Positions 13,960 through 28,700 of a stretch of 64,000 nucleotides of DNA are shown piece after piece; the stretch's first letter is position 1; each line of letters starts with the position of its first letter. The DNA lies in assembly GCF_009914755.1 (NCBI RefSeq), contig NC_060933.1; one strand, given 5' to 3'. This DNA is from the human T2T-CHM13v2.0 reference genome, Homo sapiens. A model generated the notes under the pieces. The model ran no database searches, was not told the DNA's origin, and saw nothing but the letters and a program-made list of their open reading frames with translations. Both the position numbers and the translations under genes were made by a program.

Positions 13960-16900
13960 AATGGAAAGGAATGGAATGGAATGGAATGGAATGGAATGGA
14001 ATGGAATGGAATGGAATCAACTCGATTGCAATCGAATGGAATGGAATGGAATTAACCCGAATAGAATGGAATGGAATGGAATGGAACGGAACGGAATGGA
14101 ATGGAATGGAATGGAATGGAATGGAACGGAACGGAATGGAATGGAATGGAATGGAATGGAATGGAATCAACGCGAGTGCAGGGGAATGGAATGGAATGGA
14201 ATGCAATGGAATGGAATCTTCCGGAATGGAATGGAATGGAATGGAATGGAATGAAATGCAATGGATTCAACTCGATTGCAATGGAATGGAATAGAATGGA
14301 ATGGAATGGAATGGAATGGAATTAATCCGAATAGAATGGAATGGAATGGAATGGAACGGAATGGAACGGAATGGACTGGAATGGAATGGAATGGAATGGT
14401 ATGGAATGGAATGGAATGGTACGGAATAGAATGGAATCGAACGAATTGTAATGGAATGGAATTGAATGGAATGGAATGGAATGGAATGGAATCAACGCGA
14501 GTGCAGGGGAATGTAATGGAACGGAATGCAATGGAATGGAATCATCCGGAATGGAATGGAATGGAATGGAATGGAATGGAATCAACCCGAGTGCAATGGA
14601 ATGGAGTGGAATGGAATGGAATGGAACAACCCGAATGGAATGGAATGAAATGGAGAGTAAGGGAGTTGAATAGAATCAATCCGAATGTAATGGAATGGAA
14701 TGCAACGGAATGGAATGGAATGGAATGGAATGGAATGCAATGGAATTGAATCAACCCGAGTACAATGGAATGGAATGGAATGGAATGGAATGGAATGGAA
14801 TGGAATGGAATGGAATGGAATCGTTCCGAGTGGAATAGGAGGGAATGTATTCGAGTGGAATGGAAAGGAAAGGTATCAACCAGAGTGGAATGGAAGGGAA
14901 TGGAATGGAATGGAAACTAATAGAATGGAATCAACCCAAGTGGAATGGAATGGAAAGGACTGGAATGGAATGGAATGGAATGGAATCAACTCGATTGTAA
15001 TGGAATGGAATGGAATGGAATGCAATGGAATGGAATTAACCCGAATACAATGGAATGGAATGGAATGGAACGGAATGGAGTGGAATGGAATGGAATCAAC
15101 CCGAGTGCAGGAGAATGGAATGGAATGGAATGCAATGGAATGGAATCATCCGGAATGGAATGGAAAGGAATGGAATGCAAAGCAATGGAATCAACTCGAT
15201 TGCAATGGAATTAAATGGAATGGAAAGGAATACATTGGAATCAACCCGAGTGGAATGGAATGGAAAGGACTGGAATGGAGTGGAATGGAATGGAATGGAA
15301 TGGAATGGAATCAACTCGATTGGAATGGAATGGAATGGAATTAACCCGAATAGAATGGAATGGAATGGAATGGAACGGAACGGAATGGAATGGAATGGAA
15401 TGGAATGGAATGGAATGGATTAAACCCGAGTGCAATGGAATGGAGTGGAATGGAATGGAATGGAATGGAACAACCCGAATGGAATGGAATGTAATGGAGA
15501 GTAAGGGAGTTGAATAGAATCAATCCGAATGTAATGGAATGGAATGGAACGGAATGGAATTGAATGGAATGGAATGGAATGGAATCAACCCGAGTGCAAT
15601 GGAATGGAGAGGAATGGAATGGAATGGAATGGAAACTACCCGAATGGAATGGAATGTAATGGAGTGTAACGGAATTGAATAGAATCAATCCGAATGGAAT
15701 GGAATGGAATGGAACGGAATGGAATGGAATGGAATGGAATGGAATGGAATCGAATGGAATGGAATGCAATGGAATGGAATCAACCCGAGTGCAATCGAAT
15801 GGAATCGAATGGAATGGAATGCAATGGAATGGATTCAACTTGAATTTAATGGAAAGAATGGAATCAACACGAGTGGAATGCCATGGATTGGAATGGAATG
15901 GAATGGAATCAACCCGAGTACAGGGGAATGGAATGGAATGGAATGCAATGGAATGGAATCATCCGTAATGGAATGGAAAGGAATGGAATGGAATGGAATG
16001 GAATGGAATGGAATGGAATCAACTCGATTGCAATCGAATGGAATGGAATGGAATTAACCCGAATAGAATGGAATGGAATGGAATGGAACGGAACGGAATG
16101 GAATGGAATGGAATGGAACGGTACGGAATGGAATGAGATGGAATGGAATGGAATGGAATCAACGTGAGTGCAGGGGAATGGAATGGAATTAAATGCAATG
16201 GAATGGATTCAACTTGAATGGAATGGAAAGAATGGAATCAACACGAGTGGAATGGCATGGATTGGAATGGAATGGAATGGAATCAACCCGAGTACATGGG
16301 AATGGAATGGAATGGAATGCAATGGAATGGAATCATCCGTAATGGAATGGAAAGGAATGGAATGGAATGGAATGGAATGGAATAGAATGGAATGGAATCA
16401 ACTCGATTGCAATCGAATGGAATGGAATGGAATTAACCCGAATAGAATGGAATGGAATGGAATGGAACGGAACGGAACGGAATGGAATGGATTGGAATGG
16501 AATGGAATGGAATGGAATGGAACGGAAAGGAATGGAATGGAATGGAATGGAATGGAATGGAATCAACGCGAGTTCAGGGGAATGGAATGGAATGGAATGC
16601 AATGGAATGGAATCTTCCGGAATGGAATGGAATGGAATGGAATGGAATGGAATGGAATGGAATAAACCCGAGTGCAATGGAATGGAGTGGAATGGAATGG
16701 AATGGAATGGAACAACCCGAATGGAATGGAATGTAATGGAGAGTAAGGGAGTTGAATAGAATCAATCTGAATGTAATGGAAAGGAATGGAACGGAATGGA
16801 ATTGAATGGAATGTAATGGAATGGAATCAACCCGAGTGCAATGGAATGGAGAGGAATGGAATGGAATGGAATGGAAACTACCCGAATGGAATGGAATGTA

Positions 16901-19900
16901 ATGGAGTGTAAGGGAATTGAATAGAATCAATCCGAATGTAATGGAATGGAATGGAACGGAATGGAATGGGATGGAATGGAATGGAATGGAATGGAATGCA
17001 ACGGAATGGAATCAACCCGAGTGCAATCGAATGGAATCCAATGGAATGGAATGCAATGGAATGGATTCAACTTGAATGGAATGGAAAGAATGGAATCAAC
17101 ACGAGTGGAAGGACAAGAATTGGAATGGAATGGAATGGAATCAACCCGAGTACAGGGGAATGGAATGGAATGGAATGCAATGGAATGGAATCATCCGAAA
17201 TGGAATGGAAAGGAATGGAATGGAATGGAATGGAATGGAATCAACTCGATTGCAATCGAATGGAATGGAATGGAATTAACCCGAATAGAATGGAATGGAA
17301 TGGAATGGAACGGAACGGAATGGAATGGAATGGAATAGAATGGAATGGAACGGAACGGAACGGAATGGATGGAATGGAATGGAATGGAATGGAATGGAAT
17401 CAACGCGAGTGCAGGGGAATGGAATGGAATGGAATGCAATGGAATGGAATCTTCCGGAATGGAATGGAATGGAATGGAATGAAATGCAATGGATTCAACT
17501 CGATTGCAATGCAATGGAATAGAATGGAATGGAATGGAATGGAATGGAATGGAATTAACCCGTATAGAATGGAATGGAATGGAATGGAACGGAATGGAAC
17601 GGAATGGAATGGAATGGAATGGAATGGTATGGTATGGAATGGAATGGAATGGTACGGAATAGAATGGAATGGAACGAATTGTAATGGAATGGAATTGAAT
17701 GGAATGGAATGGAATGGAATGGAATCAACGCGAGTGCAGGGGAATGTAATGGAACGGAATGCAATCGAATGGAATCATCCGGAATGGAATGGAATGGAAT
17801 GGAATGGAATGGAATTAATCTGAATAGAATGGAATGGAATGGAATGGAACAGAATGGAACGGAATGGAATGGAATGGAATGGAATGGAATGGAATGGTAT
17901 GGAATGGAACGGAATGCTACGGAATAGAATGTTATGGAACGAATTGTAATGGAATGGAATTGAATGGAATGGAATGGAATGGAATGGAATGGAATCAACC
18001 CGACTGCAGGGGAATGGAATGGAATGGAATGCAATGGAATGGATTCAACTTGAATGGAATGGAAAGAATGGTATCAACACGAGTGGAATGGCATGGATTG
18101 GAATGGAATGGAATGGAATCAACCCGAGTACAGGGGAATGGAATGGAATGGAATGCAATGGAATGGAATCATCCGTAATGAAATGGAAAGGAATGGAATG
18201 GAATGGAATGGAATGGAATGGAATGGAATGGAATCAACTCGATTGCAATCGAATGGAATGGAATGGAATTAACCCGAATAGAATGGAATGGAATGGAATG
18301 GAACGGAACGGAACGGAATGGAATGGAATGGAATGGAATGGAACGGAAAGGAATGGAATGAAATGGAATGGAATGGAATGGAATGGAATCAAAGCGAGTG
18401 CAGGGGAATGGAATGGAATGGAATGCAATGGAATGGAATCTTCCGGAATGGAACGGAATGGAATGGAATGGAATGGAATGGAATGGAATGGAATAAACCC
18501 GAGTGCAATGGAATGGAGTGGAATGGAATGGAATGGAATGGAACAACCCGAATGGAATGGAATGTAATGGAGAGTAAGGGAGTTGAATAGAATCAATCCG
18601 AATGTAATGGAATGGAATGGAACGGAATGGAATTGAATGGAATGGAATGGAATGCAATGGAATGGAATCAACCCGAGTTCAATGGAATGGAGAGGAATGG
18701 AATGGAATTTAATGGAAACTACCCGAATGGAATGGAATGTAATGGAGTGTAAGGGAATTGAATAGAATCAATCCGAATGTAATGGAATGGAATGAAACGG
18801 AATGGAATGGAATGGAATGGAATGGAATGGATTGGAATGGAATTGAACGGAATGGAATGGAATGGAATGGAATGGATTGGAATGGAATGGAATGCAATGG
18901 AATGGAATCAACCCGAGTGCAATCGAATGGAATCGAATGGAAAAGAATGCAATGGAATGGATTCAACTTGAATGGAATGGAAAGAATGGAATCAACACGA
19001 GTGGAATGGCATGGATTGGAATGGAATGGAATGGAATCAACCCGAGTACAGGGGAATGGAATGGAATGGAATGCAATGGAATGGAATCATCCGTAATGGA
19101 ATGGAAAGGAATGGAATTGAATGGAATGGAATGGAATGGAATGGAATGGAATCAACTCGATTGCAATCGAATGGAATGGAATGGAATTAACCCGAATAGA
19201 ATGGAATGGAATGGAATGGAATGGAACGGAACGGAATGGAATGGAATGGAATGGAATGGAATGGAATGGAACGGAAAGGAAGGGAATGGAATGGAATAGA
19301 ATGGAATGGAATGGAATCAACGCGAGTGCAGGGGAATGGAATGGAATGGAATGCAATGGAATGGAATCTTCCGGAATGGAATGGAATGGAATGGAATGGA
19401 ATCAACCCGAGTGCAATGGAATGGAGTGGAATGGAATGGAATGGAATGGAACAACCCGAAAGGAATGGAATGTAATGGAGAGTAAGGGAGTTGAATAGAA
19501 TCAATCCGAATGTAATGGAACGGAATGGAACGGAATGGAATTGAATGGAATGGAATGGAATGCAATGGAATGGAATCAACCCGAGTGCAATGGAATGGAG
19601 AGGAATGGAATGGAATTGAATGGAAACTACCCGAATGGAATGGAATGTAATGGAGTGTAAGGGAATTGAATAGAATCAATTCGAATGTAATGGAATGGAA
19701 TGGAATGGAATGGAATGGAATGGAATGGAATGGAATAGAATGGAATGGAATGCAATGGAATGGAATCAACCCGAGTGCAATCGAATGGAATCGAATGGAA
19801 TGGAATGCAATGGAATGGATTCAACTTGAATGGAATGGAAAGAATGGAATCAACACGAGTGGAATGGCATGGATTGGAATGGAATGGAATGGAATCAACC

Positions 19901-21716
19901 CGAGTACAGGGGAATGGAATGGAATGGAATGCAATGGAATGGAATCATCCGTAATGGAATGGAAAGGAATGGAATGGAATGGAATGGAATGGAATCAACT
20001 CGATTGCAATCGAATGGAATGGAATGGAATTAACCCGAATAGAATGGAATGGAATGGAATGGAACGGAACGGAATGGAATGGAATGGAATAGAATGGAAT
20101 GGAACGGAACGGAACGGAATGGAATGGAATGGAATGGAATGGAATCAACGCGAGTGCAGGGGAATGGAATGGAATGGAATGCAATGGAATGGAATCTTCC
20201 GGAATGGAATGGAATGGAATGGAATGGAATGGAATGGAATCAACTCGATTGCAATCGAATGGAATGGAATGGAATTAACCCGAATAGAATGGAATGGAAT
20301 GGAATGGAACGGAACGTAATGGAATGGAATGGAATGGAATGGAATGGAATGGAATGGAACGGAACGGAATGGAATGGAATGGAATGGAATGGAATGGAAT
20401 CAACTCGAGTGCAGGGGAATGGATTGGAATGGAATGCAATGGAATGGAATCTTCCGGAATGGAATGGAATGGAATGGAATGGAATGAAATGCAATGGGTT
20501 CAACTCGATTGCAATGGAATGGAATAGAATGGAGTGGAATGGAATGGAATGGAATTAATTCGAATAGAATGGAATGGAATGTAATGGAACGGAATATAAC
20601 GGAATGGAATGGAATGGAATGGAATGGTATGGAATGGAATGGAATGGTACGGAATAGAATGGAATGGAACGAATTGTAATGGAATGGAATTGAATGGAAT
20701 GGAATGGAATGGAATGGAATCAACGCGAGTGCAGGGGAATGTAATGGAACGGAATGCAATGGAATGGAATCATCCGCAATGGAATGGAATGGAATGGAAT
20801 GGAATGGAATCAACCCGAGTGCAATGGAATGGAGTGGAATGGACTGGAATGGAATGGAACAACCCGAATGGAATGGAATGTAATGGAGAGTAAGGGAGTT
20901 GAATAGAATCAATCCGAATGTAATGGAATGGAATGCAACGGAATGGAATGGAATGGAATGGAATGGAATGCAATGGAATTGAATCAACCCGAGTACAATG
21001 GAATGGAATGGAATGGAATGGAATGGAATGGAAGGGAATGGAATGGAATGGAATGATACGGAATAGAATGGAATGGAACGAAATGGAATGGAATGGAATG
21101 GAATGGAATGGAATGGAATGGAATGGAATCGTTCCGAGTGGAATAGGAGGGAATGTATTCGAGTGGAATGGAAAGGAATGGAATCAACCAGAGTGGAATG
21201 GAAGGGAATGGAATGGAATGGAAACTAATAGAATGGAATCAACCCGAGAGGAATGGAATGGAAAAGACTGGAATGGAATGGAATGGAAAGGAATCAACTC
21301 GATTGTAATGGAATGGAATGGAATGGAATGGAATTAACCCGAATAGAATGGAATGGAATGGAATGGAATGGAATGGAATGGAACGAAAAGGAAGGGAATG
21401 GAATGGAATAGAATGGAATGGAATGGAATCAACGCGAGTGCAGGGGAATGGAATGGAATGGAATGCAATGGAATGGAATCTTCCGGAATGGAATGGAATG
21501 GAATGGAATGGAATGGAATGGAATGGAATGGAATCAACCCGAGTGCAATGGAATGGAGTGGAATGTAATGGAATGGAATGGAACAACCCGAATGGAATGG
21601 AATGTAATGGAGAGTAAGGGAGTTGAATAGAATGAATCCGAATGTAATGGAATGGAATGGAACGGAATGGAATTGAATGGAATGGAATGGAATGCAATGG
21701 AATGGAATCAACCCGA
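13960..21716 (+). repeat. Blocks C+A, copy 2 of the ~8.05-8.2 kb repeat
   Basis: Collinear with 5905-13526 apart from pentamer-number changes and an extra 165 bp at 15473-15637. It departs from copy 1 at ACCCGA|GTGC (13521) vs ACCCGA|TGTC (21711). Confidence 0.9.
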
Positions 21717-24700
21717 TGTCAATGGAATGGAATGGAATGGAATGGAATGGAATGGAATGGAATGGAATGATACGGAATAGAATGGAATGGAACGAAATGG
21801 AATGGAATGGAATGGAATGGAAGGGAATGGAATGGAATGGAATGGAATGGAATGGAATGATACGGAATAGAATGGAATGGAACGAAATGGAATGGAATGG
21901 AATGGAATGGAAGGGAATGGAATGGAATGGAATAATACGGAATAGAATGGAATGGAACGAAATGGAATGGAATGGAATGGAATGGAATGGAATGGAATGG
22001 AATGGAATGGAATGGAATCGTTACGAGTGGAATAGGAGGGAATGTATTCGAGTGGAATGGAAAGGAATGGAATCAACCAGAGTGGAATGGAAGGGAATGG
22101 AATGGAATGGAAACTAATAGAGTGGAATCAACCCGAGAGGAATGGAATGGAAAAGACTGGAATGGAATGGAATGGAATGGAATCAACTCGATTGTAATGG
22201 AATGGAATGGAATGGAAAGGAATTAACCCGAATAGAATGGAATAGAATGGAATGGAATGGAATGGAACGAAAAGGAAGGGAATGGAATGGAATAGAATGG
22301 AATGGAATGGAATCAACGCGAGTGCAGGGGAATGGAATGGAATGGAATGCAATGGAATGGAATCTTCCGGAATGGAATGGAATGGAATGGAATGGAATGG
22401 AATGGAATCAACCCGAGTGCAATGGAATGGAGTGGAATGGAATGGAATGGAATGGAACAACCCGAATGGAATGGAATGTAATGGAGAGTAAGGGAGTTGA
22501 ATAGAATGAATCCGAATGTAATGGATTGGAATGGAACGGAACGGAACGGAATGGAATGGAATGGAATGGAATGGAATGGAATCAACTCGAGTGCAGGGGA
22601 ATGTATTGGAATGGAATGCAATGGAATGGAATCTTCCGGAATGGAATGGAATGGAATGGAATGGAATGAAATGCAATGGGTTCAACTCGATTGCAATGGA
22701 ATGGAATAGAATGGAATGGAATGGAATGGAATGGAATTAATTCGAATAGAATGGAATGGAATGTAATGGAACGGAATGGAACGGAATGGAATGGAATGGA
22801 ATGGAATGGTATGGAACGGCATGGAATGGTACGGAATAGAATGGAATGGAACGAATTGTAATGGAATGGAATTGAATGGAATGGAATGGAATGGAATGGA
22901 ATCAACGCGAGTGCAGGGGAATGTAATGGAACGGAATGCAATGGAATGGAATCATCCGCAATGGAATGGAATGGAATGGAATGGAATGGAATCAACCCGA
23001 GTGCAATGGAATGGAGTGGAATGGAATGGAATGGAATGGAACAACCCGAATGGAATGGAATGTAATGGAGAGTAAGGGAGTTGAATAGAATCAATCCGAA
23101 TGTAATGGAATGGAATGCAACGGAATGGAATGGAATGGAATGGAATGGAATGGAATGGAATGGAATGCAATGGAATTAACCCGAATAAAATGGAATGGAA
23201 TGGAATGGAACGGAATGGAGTGGAATGGAATGGAATCAACCCGAGTGCAGGGGAATCTAATGGAATGGAATGCAATGGAATGGTATCATCCGGAATGGAA
23301 TGGAATGCAAAGCAATGGAATCAACTCGATTGCAATGGAATGGAATGGAATGGAAGGGAATACATTGGAATCAACCCGAGTGGAATGGAATGGAAAGGAC
23401 TGGAATGCAGTGGAATGGAATGGAATGGAATGGAATGGAATCAACTCGATTGGAATGGAATGGAATGGAATGGAATGGAATTAACCCGAATACAATGGAA
23501 TGGAATGGAATGGAACGGAACGGAACGGAATGGAATGGAATGGAATGGAATGGAATGGAATGGAATCAACCCGACTGCAGGGGAATGGGATGGAATGGAA
23601 GGCAATGGAATGGATTCAACTTGAACGGAATGGAAAGAATGGAATCAACACGAGTGGAATGGCATGGATTGGAATGGAATGGAATGGAATCAACCCGAGT
23701 ACAGGGGAATGGAATGGAATGCAATGCAATGGAATGGAATCATCCGTAATGGAATGGAAAGGAATGGAATGGAATGGAATGGAATGGAATGGAATGGAAT
23801 CAACTCGATTGCAATCGAATGGAATGGAATGGAATTAACCCGAATAGAATGGAATGGAATGGAATGGAACGGAACGGAACGGAATGGAACGGAACGGAGT
23901 GGAATGGAATGGAATGGAATTGTATGGAATGGAATGGCATGGTACGGAATAGAATGGAATGGAAAGAATTGGAATGGAATGGAATCGTATGGAATGGAAT
24001 GGAATGGAATGGAATCAACCCGAGTACAGGGGAATGTAATTCAAAAGAATGCAATGGAATGGAACCATCCGGAATGGAATGGAATGGAATGGAATGGAAT
24101 GGAATGGAATGGAATCAACCCGAGTGCAATGGAATGGAGTGGAATGGAATGGAATGGAATGGAACAACCCGAATGGAATGGAATGTAATGGAGAGTAAGG
24201 GAGTTGAATAGAATCACTCCGAATGTAATGGAATGGAACAGAATGGAATGGAATGGAATGGAATGGAATGGAATGGAATGGAATGCAATGGAATGGAATC
24301 AACCCGAGTACAATGGAACGGAATGTAATGGAATGGAATGGAATGGAATGGAATGGAATGGAATGGAATGGAATGGAATGGAATCAACCCGAGTGCAATG
24401 GAATGGAGAGGAATGGAATGGAATGGAATGGAAACTACCCGAATGGAATGGAATGTAATGGAGCGTAAGGGAATTGAATAGAATCAATCCGAATGGAATG
24501 GAATGGAATGGAACGGAATGTAATGGAATGGAATGAAATGGAATCAACCCGAGTGCAGGTGAATGGAATGGAATGGAATGCAATGGAATGGAATCATCCG
24601 GAATGGAATGGAATGGAATGCAATGGAATGGAATGGAATGGAATCAACCCGAGTGCAATGGAATGGAGTGAAATGGAATGGAATGGAATGGAAACAACCA

Positions 24701-25780
24701 GAATGGATTGGAATATATTGGAGTGTAAGGGAATGGAATAGAATCAATCTGAATGTAATGAAATGGAATGGAACGGAATGGAATGGAATGGAATGGAATG
24801 CAATGGAATGGAATCAACCCGAGTGCAATCGAATGGAATCGAATGGAATGGAATGCAATGGAATGGATTCAACTTGAATGGAAAGGAAAGAATGGAATCA
24901 ACACGAGTGGAATGGCATGGATTGGAATGGAATGGAATGGAATCAACCCGAGTACAGGGTAATGGAATGGAATGGAATGCAATAGAATGGAATCATCAGT
25001 AATGGAATGGAAAGGAATGGAAAGGACTGGAATGGAATGGAATGGAATGGAATGGAATGGAATCAACTCGATTGCAATCGAATGGTATGGAATGGAATGG
25101 AATCAACTCGATTGCAATCGAATGGAATGGAATGGAATTAACCCGAATAGAATGGAATGGAATGGTATGGAACGGAACGGAATGGAATGGAATGGAATGG
25201 AATGGAACGGAAAGGAATGGAATGGAATGGAATGGAATGGAATGGAATGGAATGGAATGGAATGGAATCAACGCGCGTGCAGGGGAATGGAATGGAATCG
25301 AATGGAATGGAAAGGAATGGAATGGAATCAACCCGAGTGCAGGGGAATGTAATGGAACGGAATGCAATGGAATGGAATCATCCGGAATGGAATGGAATGG
25401 AATCAACCCGAGTGCAATGGAATGGAGTGGAATGGAATGGAATGGAATGGAACAACCCGAATGGAATGGAATGTAATGGAGAGTAAGGGAGTTGAAAAGA
25501 ATCAATCCGAATGTAATGGAATGGAATGGAACGGAATGGAATGGAATGGAATGGAATGCAATGGAATGGAATCAACCCGAGTACAATGGAATGGAATGGA
25601 ATGGAATGGAATGGAATGGAATGGAATGCAATGGAATGGAAGCTTCCGGAATGGAATGGAATGGAATGGAATGGAATGCAATGGATTCAACTCGATTGCA
25701 ATGGAATGGAATAGAATGGAATGGATTGGAATGGAATGGAATGGAAGGGAATGGAATTAAACCGAATAGAATGGAATGGA
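19850..25780 (+). repeat. Blocks A+B, copy 2 of the ~19.86-kb-offset duplication
   Basis: Collinear with 1-5905. The match ends just after ATTAAACCGAATAGAATGG (~5886 vs ~25756). Confidence 0.9.
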
Positions 25781-28700
25781 ATGGAATGGAACGGAACAGA
25801 ACGGAAAGGAACGGAACGGAGTGGAATGGAATGGAATGGAATTGTATGGAATGGAATGGAATGGTACGGAATAGAATGGAATGGAAAGAATTGGAATGGA
25901 ATGGAATCGAATGGAATGGAATGGAATGGAATGGAATCAACCCGAGTGCAAGGGAATGTAATGGGACGGAATGCAATGGAATGGAATCATCCGGAATGGA
26001 ATGGAATGGAATGGAATGGAATGGAATGGAATGGAATCAACCCGAGCGCAATGGAATGGAGTGGAATGGAATGGAATGGAATGGAACAACCCGAATGGAA
26101 TGGAATGTAATGGAGAGTAAGGGAGTTGAATTGAATCAATCCGAATGTAATGGAATGGAACGGAATGGAATGGAAGGGAATGGAATGCAATGGAATGGAA
26201 TCAACCCGAGTACAAAGGAACGGAATGTAATGTAATGTAATGTAATGGAATGGAATGGAATGGAATGGAATGGAATCAACCCGAGTGCAATGGAATGGAG
26301 AGGAATGGAATGGAATGGAATGCAATGGAATGGAATCATCCGGAATGGAAAGGAATGGAATGGAATGCAAAGCAATGGAATCAACTCGATTGCAATGGAA
26401 TGGAATGGAATGGAAAGGAATACATTGGAATCAACCTGAGTGGAATGGAATGGAAAGGACTGGAATGGAGTGGAATGGAATGGAATGGAATGGAATGGAA
26501 TCAACTCGATTGGAATGGAATGGAATGGAATGGAATGGAATGGAATGGAATGGAATGGAATTAACCCGAATAGAATGGAATGGAATGGAATGGAACGGAT
26601 CGGAATGGAATGGAATGGAATGGAATGGAAGGGAATGGAATGGAATGGAAACAACCCGACTGCAGGGGAATGGAATGGAATGGAATGGAATGGAAGGACA
26701 CGGAATAGAATGGAATGGAACGAAATGGAATGGAATGGAATGGAATGGAATGGAATGGAATGGAATGGAATGGAATCGTTCCGAGTGGAATAGGAGGGAA
26801 TGTATTCGAGTGGAATGGAAAGGAATGGAATCAACCAGAGTGGAATGGAAGGGAATGGAATGGAATGGAAACTAATAGAATGGAATCAACCCGAGTGGAA
26901 TGGAATGGAAAGGACTGGAATGGAATGGAATGGAATGGAATCAACTCGATTGTAATGTAATGGAATGGAATGGAATGGAATGGAATGGAATGGAATTAAC
27001 CCGAATACAATGCAATGGAATGGAATGGAACGGAATGGAGTGGAATGGAATGGAATCAACCCGAGTGCAGGGGAATGGAATGGAATGGAATGCAATGGAA
27101 TGGAATCATCCGGAATGGAATGGAATGGAATGGAATGCAAAGCAATGGAATCAACTCGATTGCAATGGAATGGAATGGAATGGAAAGGAATACATTGGAA
27201 TCAACCCGAGTGGAATGGAATGGAAAGGACTGGAATGAAGTGCAATGGAATGGAATGGAATGGAATGGAATCAACTCGATTGGAATGGAATGGAATGGAA
27301 TGGAATGGAATGGAATGGAATGGAATGGAATTAAACCGAATAGAATGGAATGGAATGGAATGGAACGGAACGGAATGGAATGGAATGGAATGGAATGGAA
27401 TGGAATGGAATGGAAACAACCCGACAGCAGGGGAATGGAATGGAATGGAATGGAAACAACCCGACTGCAGGGGAATGGAATGGAATGGAATGCAAAGGAA
27501 TGGATTCAACTTGAATGAAATGGAAAGAATGGAATCAACACGAGTGGAATGGCATGGATTGGAATGGAATGGAATGGAATCAACCCGAGTACAGAGGAAT
27601 GGAATGGAATGGAATGCAATGGAATGGAATTATCCGTAATGGAATGGAAAGGAATGGAATGGAATGGAATGGAATGGAATGGAATCAACTCGATTGTAAT
27701 CGAACGGAATGGAATGCAATTAACCCGAATAGAATGGAATGGAATGGAATGGAATGGAACGGAACGGAATGGAATGGATTGGAATGGAATGGAATGGAAT
27801 GGAATGGAATGGAAAGGAATGGAATGGAATGGAATGGAATGGAATGGAATGGAATGGAATCAACGCGAGTGCAGGGCAATGGAATGGAATGGAATGCAAT
27901 GGAATGGAATCTTCCGGAATGGAATGGAATGGAATGGAATGGAATGGAATGGAATGGAATAAACCCGAGTGCAATGGAATGGAGTGAAATGGAATGGAAT
28001 GGAATGGAACAACCCGAATGGAATGGAATGTAATGGAGAGTAAGGGAGTTGAATAGAATCAATCCGAATGTAATGGAATGGAATGGAACGGAATGGAATT
28101 GAATGGAACGGAATGGAATGGAATGGAATGGAATGGAATCAACCCGAGTTCAATGGAATGGAGAGAAATGGAATGGAATGGAATGGAAACTACCCGAATG
28201 GAATGGAATGTAATGGAGTCTAAGGGAATTGAATAGAATCAATCCGAATGTAATGGAATGGAATGGAACGGAATGGAATGGAATGGAATGGAATGGAATG
28301 GAATGGAATGCAGTGGAATGGAATCAACCCGAGTGCAATCGAATGGAATCGAATGGAATGGAATGCAATGGAATGGATTCAACTTGAATGGAATGGAAAG
28401 AATGGAATCAACACGAGTGGAATGGCATGGATTGGAATGTAATGGAATGGAATCAACCCGAGTACAGCGGAATGGAATGGAATGGAATGCAATGGAATGG
28501 AATCATCCGTAATGGAATGGAAAGGAATGGAATGGAATGGAATGGAATGGAATGGAATCAACTCGATTGCAATCGAATGGAATGGAGTGGAATTAACCCG
28601 AATAGAATGGAATGGAATGGAATGGAACGGAACGGAACGGAATGGAATGGAATGGAATGGAATGGAACGGAAAGGAAGGGAATGGAATGGAATAGAATGG

